Shown here in pieces: positions 40,524-50,808 of a DNA stretch of 64,000 nt. The notes below the pieces were generated by a model. The model was given only the letters and a program-made list of their open reading frames with translations. It made no database searches and was not told the DNA's origin. Made by a program: the position numbers and the translations under genes. Source of the DNA: Heteronotia binoei (lineage: Eukaryota); assembly GCF_032191835.1 (NCBI RefSeq), contig NC_083237.1, positions 23,498,001 through 23,562,000 of the forward strand, read 5' to 3'. Positions within the stretch are counted from its first letter, which is position 1; every line of letters starts with the position of its first letter.

Positions 40524-40717
40524 CAATACGCCCTCTAAGCTTTGCAGTCCTGCGAGCAAAAATTCTACTTTGTGAGCTACTGGCATTAAGGTTGTGAGCT
40601 ACTGCATAAATTAGTTTGCTCTGGGGCCATTTTTCCTGAGCTAAGACAAAAATGTGCGAGCTGGAGGGTAAAAACCTATGAGCTAGCTCACGCTAACTCA
40701 GCTTAGAGAGAACATTG
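40524..40717. mobile_element. Short MITE, second copy
   Basis: Shares TIRs and body with 33772-33942. Confidence 0.65.
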
Positions 40718-40788
40718 GTCTTGGGTAAGCACCAGTTCTGCTTGAGAGTGACCATGGGGGTCTTAAATTCTTCTCTTCCCCCCCCCAG

Positions 40789-40924
40789 GCATTTTGAGCT
40801 CCCTGCTGCTGCTGAGGCCTCCCGCCTCTTTAGTGTTCCAGATTTCGTAGGTGATACTTGTAAGACGTTGGCCTCCCGCATCCGGGGGGCTGTGGCTGCT
40901 GTCACATTTGATGACTTCCATAAA
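40789..40924 (+). CDS. MVP: MVP coding exon 11 (shoulder domain)
   Basis: [45 protein letters not shown]. Confidence 0.95.
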
Positions 40925-41625
40925 GTGAGTTGCAAGTTCCGCTTTTCTCTCTGCCTCCTTCTCCTGCAGAATGTAGCTTGGCAACTCTCGCCTACCTTGG
41001 TCCTGGCCAGGTTGCACAGCTGGGAGTGGGCAGCAGTGTTGTGCCCCCCGCCAGGGGATACTACTGGAAGTTCTGCATCAGCTTGGCCTTGTAGGCAATT
41101 CCTCTGAGCTGAGGAACAGCCTTTATCACATGGGAGATGGATGGGTAAGTGGCAGGGTAGCCAAGTCTGGGTTGGGAAATTCCTGGAGATTTCATGCTGG
41201 AGCCTGGGGAGGGGCCTCAGCGGGGTATAATGCCCCACACTCCACCTTCAAAAGCAGCTATTTCCTCCAGAGGAACTGATTTCTGAAGTCTGGAGATCAG
41301 TTTTAATTCATCTGGAGTCTGGCACCCCTGAGAGGTGATATCTGTCTTCCTCAGCCTAGTGGGTCAGACCAGTGGCTCATGAAAGCTCATCCCCTGCCAC
41401 AAATTTTGTTAGTCTTTAAGGTGCTACTTTACTCTGCCCGGTGAATATTGTTAGGGGCTGGCCACGACACAACTTGTTAGAAGGGGAACTATTTTTCATT
41501 TTTTCCGGAAAATAGCATTAGTGGTGCTGGCCATCATTAAAGCCGCCATTAGCTTTGGCATGTTTGCGCCAATGAGCAGCGCCTGGAATCTGTGGCAGCC
41601 CACTGACTGTAACCAATGTCCCCAG

Positions 41626-41837
41626 AACTCCAACCGCCTCATCAGCGCGGCCGTGTTTGGCTTTGATGCCGAAGGGAAGCTGCGAGGCTCCCTGCGCTTT
41701 GCCCCCAATGGCCTCATCATTAGCAGCATCGACATCCAGAGCGTGGAGCCCGTGGACCAGAGGACCAGAGATGCCCTGCAGCGCAGCGTCCAGCTGGCCA
41801 TCGAGATTACCACCAACTCTCAGGAGGCTGCGGCTCG
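41626..41837 (+). CDS. MVP: MVP coding exon 12
   Basis: [12 protein letters not shown]...[32 protein letters not shown]. Confidence 0.95.
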
Positions 41838-43102
41838 GTATGGATTTGTTCTGGGTGGGAAGAGGGGGCAAGTCCACAAGGACGGCACATAATCAGACGG
41901 TTCCTTGGACTTTTTTCCCTGGGCTCTAGTGGCCCTCTCTCCTCTTCTGTTGGCATTAGCATCCGTGTCCCTGATCTCTTCCCTCTGCTGCCTAATCCCA
42001 GAACATTGCACACAGCCAGTCTCCTTCTGGAATTATTGGGAATTGATCCTCCCCCTGCCCTGAGTTGTGCGTTCTTAGCACTTTAACTAGGAGGGAAAAA
42101 CTGGGCCAAATAAAATGTCAGCTCCGTGGCCTGCATTGATTGTGCAAGACAACTATACTTAAGTTTTTTTGGGGGGTGGGGGGGTGGGAATAATTTTTTC
42201 TCATCGGTTACAAGAACAGATATAAAAAGTCAAAGGAACTATGCAACCTCAGGGTCTTTGGGTTGAGTTATGGGGGAACATCTCTAACTGGCCTTCTTGA
42301 TATTTTAACAGGGCTTTTTTTTGTTGTTTAAAAAAAAAAAAGCCCAGCAGGAGCTCAGCAGGGCTCCGGGAAGCCCCATCGCTGCCTTTCCGGCTCTGCC
42401 TTCTTTCTTTCCTTTTTTTGAGCCGGAGTGCTGGCCAAGCCAGCTGGGGCAGCACTCCAGTGTGCTCCAGCTCAAAAAAAAGCCCTGCACTTTAGTTTCT
42501 GAAAAGCAGCATGAAGGCCTGGGTTGGAGAACACTTGATCTGTTCTGCAGCATACCACTTTCCCTGATAGAAATTGCTTTCCTGCCCCTAAGCTGCTGCT
42601 GTTTATTTAGTTCCTTTGTAGCCCACCAGCAATAGGGGAGACAAGACAGGAACAACAAAGGTACCCATGTAGTGCATCCCCTCCCAAGGCAGCTCGATTT
42701 CTGTCAAGAAAATGGCAAGGCAGGGTTTAAGAGTACTGCAGCTGTATCCAAATCCTTTCTTTCCTCCTGCAGTATGGAGGCTTTCCAGCACTGAAGGGCT
42801 GAGCTGTCTTATGTTTTGACCTTCAGTTGTCCCTCTCCCTCTCCCCCCCTCCCCGTCTGGCTTCCAAGTCTCTTGGCCCCATTAAAGTATTGCTTTCCAA
42901 ACTTCCAGCACTGCTCGGAGTCTGCTCCTATTGATTTTCTCTTCTCTGACTTCCCAAACTCTGAGATTGCAAGCGCCACCCCCCAAAAAAACCATCCAGC
43001 CCCATCTCTCTCCTGAGGGCCACCCTCTAGTGATCAGACATGGAGGAATCTCTTTCAGCTTCCATCCTCCAATTTTGGATCCCCTCTTCTCTTGTGTCCC
43101 AG

Positions 43103-43219
43103 GCACGAAGCCGAGCGACTGGAGCAAGAAGCGCGGGGACGCTTGGAGCGGCAGAAGATCCTTGACCAGGCTGAGGCAGAACGGGCCCGGAAGGAGCTTC
43201 TGGAGCTGGAAGCTTTGAG
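43103..43219 (+). CDS. MVP: MVP coding exon 13 (cap helix)
   Basis: [38 protein letters not shown]. Confidence 0.96.
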
Positions 43220-43304
43220 GTGGGGAGGGATGGAAGCTGGTGGGGCAGGTGGGGTCCACTCGGCACCAGGCAGCATCCGCCCTCGTTCTCTCTCCTCCCT
43301 GCAG

Positions 43305-43431
43305 CACGGCGGTCGAGAGCACCGGGGCAGCCAAGGCTGAGGCCCAGTCCCGAGCAGAGGCAGCCCGGATTGAGGGCGAAGGTGCGGTCCAGCAGGCCAG
43401 GCTCAAGGCAGAGGCCACGGCCATTGAGACG
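43305..43431 (+). CDS. MVP: MVP coding exon 14
   Basis: [26 protein letters not shown]...AIET. Confidence 0.96.
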
Positions 43432-44364
43432 GTGAGTCTGACTGTCCCTTCTCGTGTCCTTTGCTGGTCTTGCCTCCTGCGCAGCTCTTTTTTTCTGATT
43501 TACTTTTATACTCCCATTTTTCTCCCCAATGGGGGACCCAAAGCAGCTGATAGCAGTCCCCTCTTCTCCATTTTACCCACAACAGCCCTGTGAGGTAGGT
43601 TAGGCTACAAGTGTGTGGTTGGCTCACGGTCATCCAGAAAGCTTCTATGGCAGTGGGAATTCAAACCTGGGTCTCTCAACTCATAGCCTGGCACTCTTAA
43701 CCACCACACCCTGCTAGCTCTGAGCCTGTGCCTGCTTCTGCCATCTCAGGCTGAGACAAAAAGACTAGGAAACAGGGTGAAGGAAATCAACATCCTCTTT
43801 AAAAAAAATTTGTGGTAATTGCTGTCCTTTCCCCAAATCACTAAGTCTTGTTTATTCTCCTCCTTTCTGTTTTGCAGTCCTCAAGTATCTTTTAATTGTG
43901 CCTCTGTTTCAATAGCAGTTTTGTCAAGGGCACAAACTTCGCTGGATCTGATCCTTAATCCATCCAGTCCAATATCCTCAGTTCTCACAGTGGCCAACCA
44001 GATGCTCTGAAAGGCTCACAAGTAGGGCCCAGAGGCCAAAGCCTCTGTTATCCTCTCCCCCTAAACTGGTTTTCAGGACTGTGCTGCTTTTGACAATGCA
44101 GGTTCCATTTAGCCATCGTCATGGATACAAGGCCTATCAATAGCCATCCTTTAGGAATTTGTCTGATTCCTTTTTCAAGTGGCCATCACCCCCTGCTGCA
44201 GCAGGGACTTCTGCAAGTTAATTTCCCTTTCAACTGTGCCTTTTTCCTACTAGAGACTATTGTGAGTCCTAGTTTATAAGCAAAGTTCTTGCATGTTCCT
44301 CTGTTTGGAGCTATGTGGCCTTCAGGTGGTGTAAATGCAATTGCTGTACATGTTATTGTTAAAA

Positions 44365-44773
44365 CAGGGGACTCAAATGTGTGGCCTGGGAGCTGGATCA
44401 GGCCTCAGAGGGTTCTTATCAGGCCTGCGAATAAGTCTGGTTTCTTCTCCCTCTCTCTTGCTTCCTTCTATGTCACAGCTTGCTTTGTCAGGCTTGCTCA
44501 ATTGCACAGGAGCTACAGAGCAAAGTCCCTTTTCCTTCTTCTGGCTGTGGCTCTTCCCCCTCCTCATCCCCTGGGGAAGGAGGGAAAGAGCCAGAGCTTC
44601 CTTTGCTCAGTTCCCTCAATCACACGGGAGAGATGTGAAATTTTTAATTGTGTTTGTTGGTGTCCCTTATAAAGTTTATATCTCAGCTACTTTTATAACA
44701 GACATAGCCCGGCCTGACAAGGTCTCATTTATGTCAGATCCTGCCCCCATAACAAATGAGTTCGACTCCCCTG
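44365..44773. mobile_element. Second copy of the same hAT MITE family
   Basis: Shares internal sequence with 10018-10508 (ttgcacaggagctacagagcaaa; ggggaaggagggaaagagccagagcttcctttgc). Confidence 0.8.
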
Positions 44774-45030
44774 ACTTAAAAGACTCCTTGCCTTTCATTA
44801 GCTTTTGAAGACCCACGCCTTAGGTCAAGACTATCACACCAGCTTCAGTGCTGGGCACAGTGAACTCTTATAACATTCTGTGGGTCCCAGCAGCTTCCTC
44901 AGTCTTTGGGGCTGACGGGTACAGGAAGGCTCTTGCGGTCTTCTTCATGTAGTTCTGTGTTCTTGAATTGGATGGGCTTCCTAAAGTTTGATGCCAGTCA
45001 GTGTCTCCCATGATACATTTGAAAGTATTT

Positions 45031-45770
45031 TCATAGAATCATAGAGTTGGAAGGGACCTCCAGGGTCATCTAATCCAGCCCCCTACACAATACAGGAAAT
45101 TCACAAATACCTCTGCCTCCCACACACCCCCAGTGACCCCCGTTCCATGCCTTTTGATTTAATTTCAACCTGTTGGTTCTGGTCTGACCTTCCGGGGCAA
45201 CAGAAAACAATTCTGCACTATCCTCTATATGACAGCGCTTCAAGTACTTGAAGATGATAATCATATCACCTCTGAGTCGTCTCCTCTCGAGGCTAAACAT
45301 ACATCCTTCAACCTTTCGTCTTAGGACTTTGTCTCCAGACCCCTCACCATCTTCGTTGGCCTCCACTAGACGCATTCTAGCGTGTCTATATCTTTCTTAA
45401 ATTGTGGTGCCCAAAACTGAGCACAATACTCTAGAAGAGGTCTACCTAGAGCGGACTAAAGCAATACCATCACTTCACGTGATGTGGACACCATGCTTCT
45501 GTTGATACAGCCCAAAATCGCATTGGCCTTTTTAGCTACTGCATCACACTGTTGGCTCATGTTCAGAATATGGTCTACCCTGACTTCTAGATCCTTTTCA
45601 CACATACCACTGCCAAGACAAGTCTCTCCTATCCTATAATTTTGCATTTGATTTTTTTCCTACTTGATGGAGAACTTTACAATTATCCCTGTTAAAATTA
45701 ATTTTATTTTAGCCCAGTTTTCCAGTCTGTCAAGATTGTCCTGTACCTGACTTTGCCTTCTACTGTATTT
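45031..45770 (-). mobile_element. CR1 LINE 3' fragment
   Basis: catagaatcatagagttggaagggacc tail; ORFs FSLERRRLRGDMI..FKYLK and EKDLEV.VD..LNMSQQCDAVAKKANAILGCI. Confidence 0.9.
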
Positions 45771-46014
45771 GTAATTTTGACCCCTTGAACATGTGAAGTT
45801 GCCTTATACCAAACCAGACTATCGGCCCATCAAGTTTAGTACGGTCTACTCAGGTCGGCAGCAGTCTCAGGGGAAGGTCTTTCCCATCACCCACCACTTG
45901 ATCCTTTCCGATGGAGATGCCAGAGATTGGGCCCAGGGTGCTAGGCAGATGCTCCGCCACTCAGCTACAGCTCCCCACCTCCCTCACTCCCTCTTCTCCC
46001 ATCAATCCTCACAG

Positions 46015-46203
46015 GCATCAGAACTACAACGCCTGGCTAAAGCTCGGGAACAGGAGCTTGGCTTCTCCAAGGCTCAGACTGACCTGGATGTGGCCCGTGC
46101 TGAAGCTTTGGCTGCTGTCGAAGTGAAGAAATTTGAGGCTGTGATCCAGGCAATGGGGGCCGGCACCATCCGTGACATTGCTGTGGCTGGGCCAGAGATG
46201 CAG
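46015..46203 (+). CDS. MVP: MVP coding exon 15
   Basis: ASELQRLAKAREQEL...IRDIAVAGPEMQ. Confidence 0.95.
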
Positions 46204-46380
46204 GTGAGAAGGCTGGGGGAAGGTGGAGGTGGTTCTTTTGCAAAGGGCCATAGCAGAGGGGTGAAGGGATGAGCGGGCCAAGCAGATCTGATGGCTTCTA
46301 GTCCTGGGGAGCGTGAAATGTTGTTGAGGGATGGGCTTTTTTGAGACAGTGACGGGATTCTCAATTTCTCTTTCTCGCAG

Positions 46381-46503
46381 GCAAAACTGCTCCAGGGCTT
46401 GGGTATCCAGTCCACACTCATCACGGATGGTTCCTCCCCGATTAACCTTTTCACAGCTGCCGGAGGACTGTTGGGGATCCTTCCCAAGCCTTCCACAGCC
46501 TGA
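46381..46503 (+). CDS. MVP: MVP last coding exon ([40 protein letters not shown])
   Basis: The 16 exons sum to 2532 nt = 843 aa plus stop, with no frameshift. Confidence 0.95.
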   Translation, partial: AKLLQGLGIQSTLITDGSSPINLFTAAGGLLGILPKPSTA

Positions 46504-46708
46504 CAGGTGCCGGAAATACATACCTCTCCACCAGGCTTCGGAGTGCCTTAGGGATTGCTGGGGCTGGGGCGAGTCTTCCTTCCCAGTTGGGCTGCCCTTG
46601 AATGTGCCTTCACTTGAGCCTTATATTCTGTTTTCTTCTGTAATATGAAAATCATGTATTTTTTTCTCCTCGTGTTGCTTGCTTAAAGAAAGCCAAAGAA
46701 TAGTTTAC

Positions 46709-46714
46709 AATAAA
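46709..46714 (+). terminator. MVP: MVP polyadenylation signal AATAAA
   Basis: About 205 nt after the stop, followed by a U-rich tract. Confidence 0.8.
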
Positions 46715-46861
46715 GTCATCTGCAATTTCTTGCCTCGTCTTTTTTACAGGTGGTTGCTTTTTTTTCTGGGAATGTTTTAAAGGAGGGAGAAAAACTGGGA
46801 TGAAGGGGGAGGTGCGTATATTGTGAGGTCATAGAATGTTGGCAAGGCCAAGAAAGCAGCA

Positions 46862-46955
46862 ATGCTGAGTCAAGGGGAACTTCTGCTGCTCCGTCTCCTG
46901 TCCTTTTTTACAAGTTTCACTAGGGTGGCCCTGAATGACCCCCGAGAAGTGACAG
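46862..46955 (+). CDS. C16orf92: Putative FIMP/C16orf92 exon 1, signal-peptide-like (MLSQGELLLLRLLSFFTSFTRVALNDPREVT)
   Basis: Hydrophobic N-terminus; strong CAG|gtgagc donor; phase 1 matches the next exon; assigned by phase and character, not by sequence identity. Confidence 0.6.
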
Positions 46956-47440
46956 GTGAGCACAGGTCCTCCTGAACTACTCCCTCCAAGTACATGTGGC
47001 CCATCACTCAACTCCACCTGCACCCTGAATAGCAAAACTCAACCACTTGCAGGAGACCTCATTTGGCACTAACAGATTGTTTGGTTACAACTGAACTTCA
47101 TCCTGGGCGTGTTCGGGTATGGACTGTTTAAACTGTCATGGCTTCCAACTAAGGAATCCTGGAAACTGTATTTTTTAAGAGGGAAAGAGGGGACTAGAGA
47201 TTTGTGACTGGGAGTTGACAGCATCCTCACAAAACTGTTTATGGGGTCTGTGAAAACCCTTGGAAAGGGCAAAAGTCTTTTGAAATTTAGTTTTAGACAA
47301 GTGGGAGACCCATAAAGACTTGTGGGAGCTGTTCTACTTTCCCCTCCCATGAAAACCTCACAGCCTTGCCCTTTCCTTTCCACCTACTAGCCAAACCACC
47401 TTAATCTGCCCCCCCCCCCAATCTTCACCTGTCCTTCCCT

Positions 47441-47720
47441 TGCCAGTTTGGTGTAGTGGTTAAGTGTGTGGACTCTTATCTGGGAGAACCGGGTTTGATT
47501 CCCCACTCCTCCACCTGCACCTACTGGAATGGCCTTGGGTTAGCCATAACTCTGGCAGAAGTTGTCCTTGAAAGGGCAGCTGCTGTGAGAGCCCTCTCAG
47601 CCCCACCTACCTCACAGGATGTCTGTTGTGGGGGAGGAAGGTAAAGGAGATTGTGAGCCACTCAGACTCTGAAATTCGGAGTGGAGGGCGGGATATAAAT
47701 CCAATATCATTATCATCCCT
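47441..47720 (+). mobile_element. tRNA-headed SINE copy
   Basis: Same consensus. Confidence 0.8.
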
Positions 47721-49194
47721 TCTTCTGGCAGCCTCTTAACTGGGAAAACTATGGCCCAGTGCATGTGGGACATCTGAAGGGAATGAGGGAGTACACATCA
47801 TTTCCCCCATATCCCCATCTCTGCACTCTTTTTTCCCTTCTCCTGGCAGCCCCCATATTCTCACAGTTCTCTGCTTCCTTCTTTCATTTCCCCCCACCAC
47901 CAACCCACCTACCTTTTATCTGCCCCCCCCCCCCCCAGTCTTTGGCTATATTGCTATTTATGCCCTGTCTTTATCTACAGTGGGGACCCAAAGCACCTTA
48001 CATCATTCTCCTCCCTTCCGTTTTATCCTCACTGCAACCCTGTGTTTAGTCCGAGAACCTGTGATGGGCTCAATGCCACCAAGTTTGCTTCCATGGCAGA
48101 GTGGGGATTTGAAACCCACTGGTCTGAAACTCTTAATTACTGGACCACCCTGGCTGTCATGAGGTGGCTGCTCTTAAACAGAATCAATCTACCAGGCCCT
48201 GGGTGAGTAATGCAAATGCCCAGCAATATTGCAGTTGCACTGAGGACAGTCATTTCTTAAAGCTACAGGTATGGCCTGTATGGGGGGGGGGGAGGTGATA
48301 GTATCCATTTTTTCCCTTAGATTTCAGGGTGCTCCTCCCCAAATCTAGGGCTTTTTCAGGTTAGCAGAAAGATCTGTTTTGTCTAGCCATGGCTCCAATC
48401 TCTGGATTTATATATCCAAAGATGTGGCCATGTTGAGAATTAGATCTTGAGTTTGAATGATAAAGGCACTGGGGGACGGGGAGTCTCTTGCCTTCATGGC
48501 ATCCTATAGATTCCCAGTACATTATACCTCATCCAGAACTTATAACACCTACATTCATCTTGCAGTTTGTGCTGCACAGAGAAACATCTTCCCATGTCCT
48601 TCCCTTTCACCCAGTCCAATGACTGTGGGATGTCTGCTCAACAGCACAGGGGAGCGGTGGGCATGCCGTGCTTTCCTATGGAAGGCCCTGTGTCGCTGCC
48701 AAGCCACTGCAATGGAACTTCCAGAGGGTGGGTTTCCCCAGGTTTTTGTCCAGTCCCCACAGCAACCATTCCCTTTGTCCCACTGGGGGGTAGGGGCTTT
48801 GCCCAGGGTTCTTTGGAACTAGTAAACTGCATACTGACATGTTAACTACTGATCTTTTTTTAAAAAAAAAACACTCCCCAAGCTGCTTCAGTGGCACAGT
48901 GGAGACAATGGGGAAAAGAGAAAATCTCGACTATCCCCAATATACATGCTACCCTGCCTACCTTTATCACCATCTTTCCTGAAACGTTGCAGCAGAGCAA
49001 GTTTGGGAGGAAAAACTTTCTCCAGTAGAACACGGCACTTGAGCCTGAAAGATTCTACAAACCCTAATGATGTTACCAGCCGTGAAAACCTGAAATCTTT
49101 GATAAGTTTGGGAAGTATTGCAGGAAGCAACCAGAATGGTGTAGAGAAGAATCTCAATCTTTATGTAGGGAGGGGAGGATAGAGAAAAATGCCT

Positions 49195-50165
49195 CCTATG
49201 CTGTAAACATAGTTTATTTCACTAAGGCTTTTGATAAGGTTCCACATTCTATTCTTGTTGGCAAGTTGGTAAAATGTGGCTTGGATCGTATTACTGTTAG
49301 GTGGATCTGTAACTGGTTGACAGATTGCACCCAGTGTGTTTGTTAATGGTTCTTCATCCTCTTGGAAAGATTAGTGACAAGGAATCTGTCTTGGGATGGG
49401 ACCTGTTTTGTCTAGTATCTTTATAAATGATTTGGATGAAAGAATAGAGGGAGGGGTTATCAGATTTGCAGATAATACCAAATTGGGAGGGACAGCAAAC
49501 ACAGTAGAAGACAGGCATCATTATACAAGATGATCTTGACAGGCTGGAAAACTGAGCTAAAACAAATGAATTTTAAACTAGGATAAACATAACGTTCTGC
49601 ATTTAGGTAGGAAAAATCAAATGCATCATTATAGGATGGGGGAGAATTGTCTTGGTAGTAGGTACATGTGAAAAGGATCTAGGGGTCTTAGTGGACCATA
49701 CACTGAACATGAGTCAGCAGTGTGATGCAGCTGGTAACTAAAAAGGCCAATGTGATTTTGGGCTGTATCAAACAGTAGTGTCCAGATGCAAAGTGATGGT
49801 ACCACTTTGCTCTGGTTAGATCTTACCTAGAGTATTGTGTTCAGTTTTGGGCACTACAATTTAAGGATATAGACAAGCTGGAACATGTCCAGAAAAGGGC
49901 AACGAAGATGGTGAGGGGTTTGGAGACCAAGTCCTACGAGGAAAGGCTGAAGGAGCTAAGTATGTTTAGCCTGGAGGGCAAATGTCTGAGAGCTGATATG
50001 ATCACCATCTTCAAGTACTTGAAGGGCTGTCATATAGAGGATGGTGCAGAGTTGTCTTCTGTGGCCCCAGAACCAGTGGGCTGAAATTAAATCAGAAGTT
50101 TTCAACCAAATGTTAGGAAGGGCTTTCTGTTAGAGTGGTTCTTCAGTGCAACAGGCTTCTCTCAG
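49195..50165 (+). mobile_element. Degraded CR1 LINE ORF2 3' fragment in FIMP intron 1
   Basis: aaggcttttgataaggttcc, gatgatcttgacaggctgga, aggatctaggggtcttagtggacc and atgtttagcctggag hallmarks. Confidence 0.88.
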
Positions 50166-50198
50166 TGAGGAAGGCTTTCTGGTTTCTTGGGTCTGCAG

Positions 50199-50342
50199 CG
50201 CCTGAAGAACCCAAACAGGCCAAGGAAATAAAGCCCTCTCCATCACACCCATCGCTTTGGTTCGATTATCCGGACTCCGATAAAGAGAAGATCCTTGCTG
50301 CTTACAAGCTGATTGGAGAAGAGCCTGTGTTCATCACCCCAA
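50199..50342 (+). CDS. C16orf92: FIMP/C16orf92 exon 2 (PEEPKQAKEIKPSPSHPSLWFDYPDSDKEKILAAYKLIGEEPVFITP)
   Basis: FDYPDSD...IGE.P motif matches recalled human FFDYPDSDQARLLAVAQFIGEKPIVFI; ctgcag acceptor and gtgaga donor. Confidence 0.85.
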
Positions 50343-50484
50343 GTGAGATGTGGTCCCTCCCACAGGAAACTCGGCTGCCCTGCTCCTCTTTCTGAAGGAG
50401 GAACTTTGGGGGTGGGGGAGCCAACCTGTGGTCAAGGAGCTCCCACAAGAAATCTGCCCCCCCCCCCACAATTGTCCTTTGCAG

Positions 50485-50572
50485 GCACCTTCCCTCAGCA
50501 GTTGCGGTTTATCCTGGTTGGGTCCATCCTGCTCATCCTTCTGTTCTTCCTCTACCAGATCTGCACTAAAGT
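50485..50572 (+). CDS. C16orf92: FIMP/C16orf92 exon 3, transmembrane helix (TFPQQLRFILVGSILLILLFFLYQICTK)
   Basis: tttgcag acceptor, gtacgt donor; resembles recalled human HILVGLLVVAFFFLLFQFCTH. Confidence 0.82.
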
Positions 50573-50706
50573 GTACGTGTGTCGTGGTGGCCCTTCCTTG
50601 CATGTTGTGCTGCAAGCATATTCCCCTCCCCCAGCTGCCTTTGGAGGTGATGGTTCCCTTCCACACTCCCCCCCCCCATGCACACTGATCTCCCTTCTTT
50701 TTTTAG

Positions 50707-50731
50707 GATTGGCAAAAAGGGGTCTGCCTAA
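50707..50731 (+). CDS. C16orf92: FIMP/C16orf92 exon 4 (IGKKGSA*)
   Basis: ttttag acceptor; short basic tail like recalled human NFQKGA*; four exons total 351 nt = 116 aa plus stop. Confidence 0.75.
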
Positions 50732-50802
50732 AAAGACGTCGGAAGATCAGAGTTTTGTTCCGTGGTCAGCCTTTTGCCTCCTCCTGGTAATCGCACCTGT
50801 AC

Positions 50803-50808
50803 AATAAA
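50803..50808 (+). terminator. C16orf92: FIMP/C16orf92 polyadenylation signal AATAAA
   Basis: About 70 nt after the stop; convergent with the TLCD3B 3' end. Confidence 0.7.

Noticed and set aside
41521-41625. In-frame upstream ATGs that could start a cap-only MVP fragment
   Set aside because: No promoter evidence; 35 open codons in an intron is expected by chance
48159-48202. MRWLLLNRINLPGPG with a strong gtgagt donor as FIMP exon 1
   Set aside because: Phase 2 does not fit the phase-1 acceptor at 50199, and it is not a convincing signal peptide
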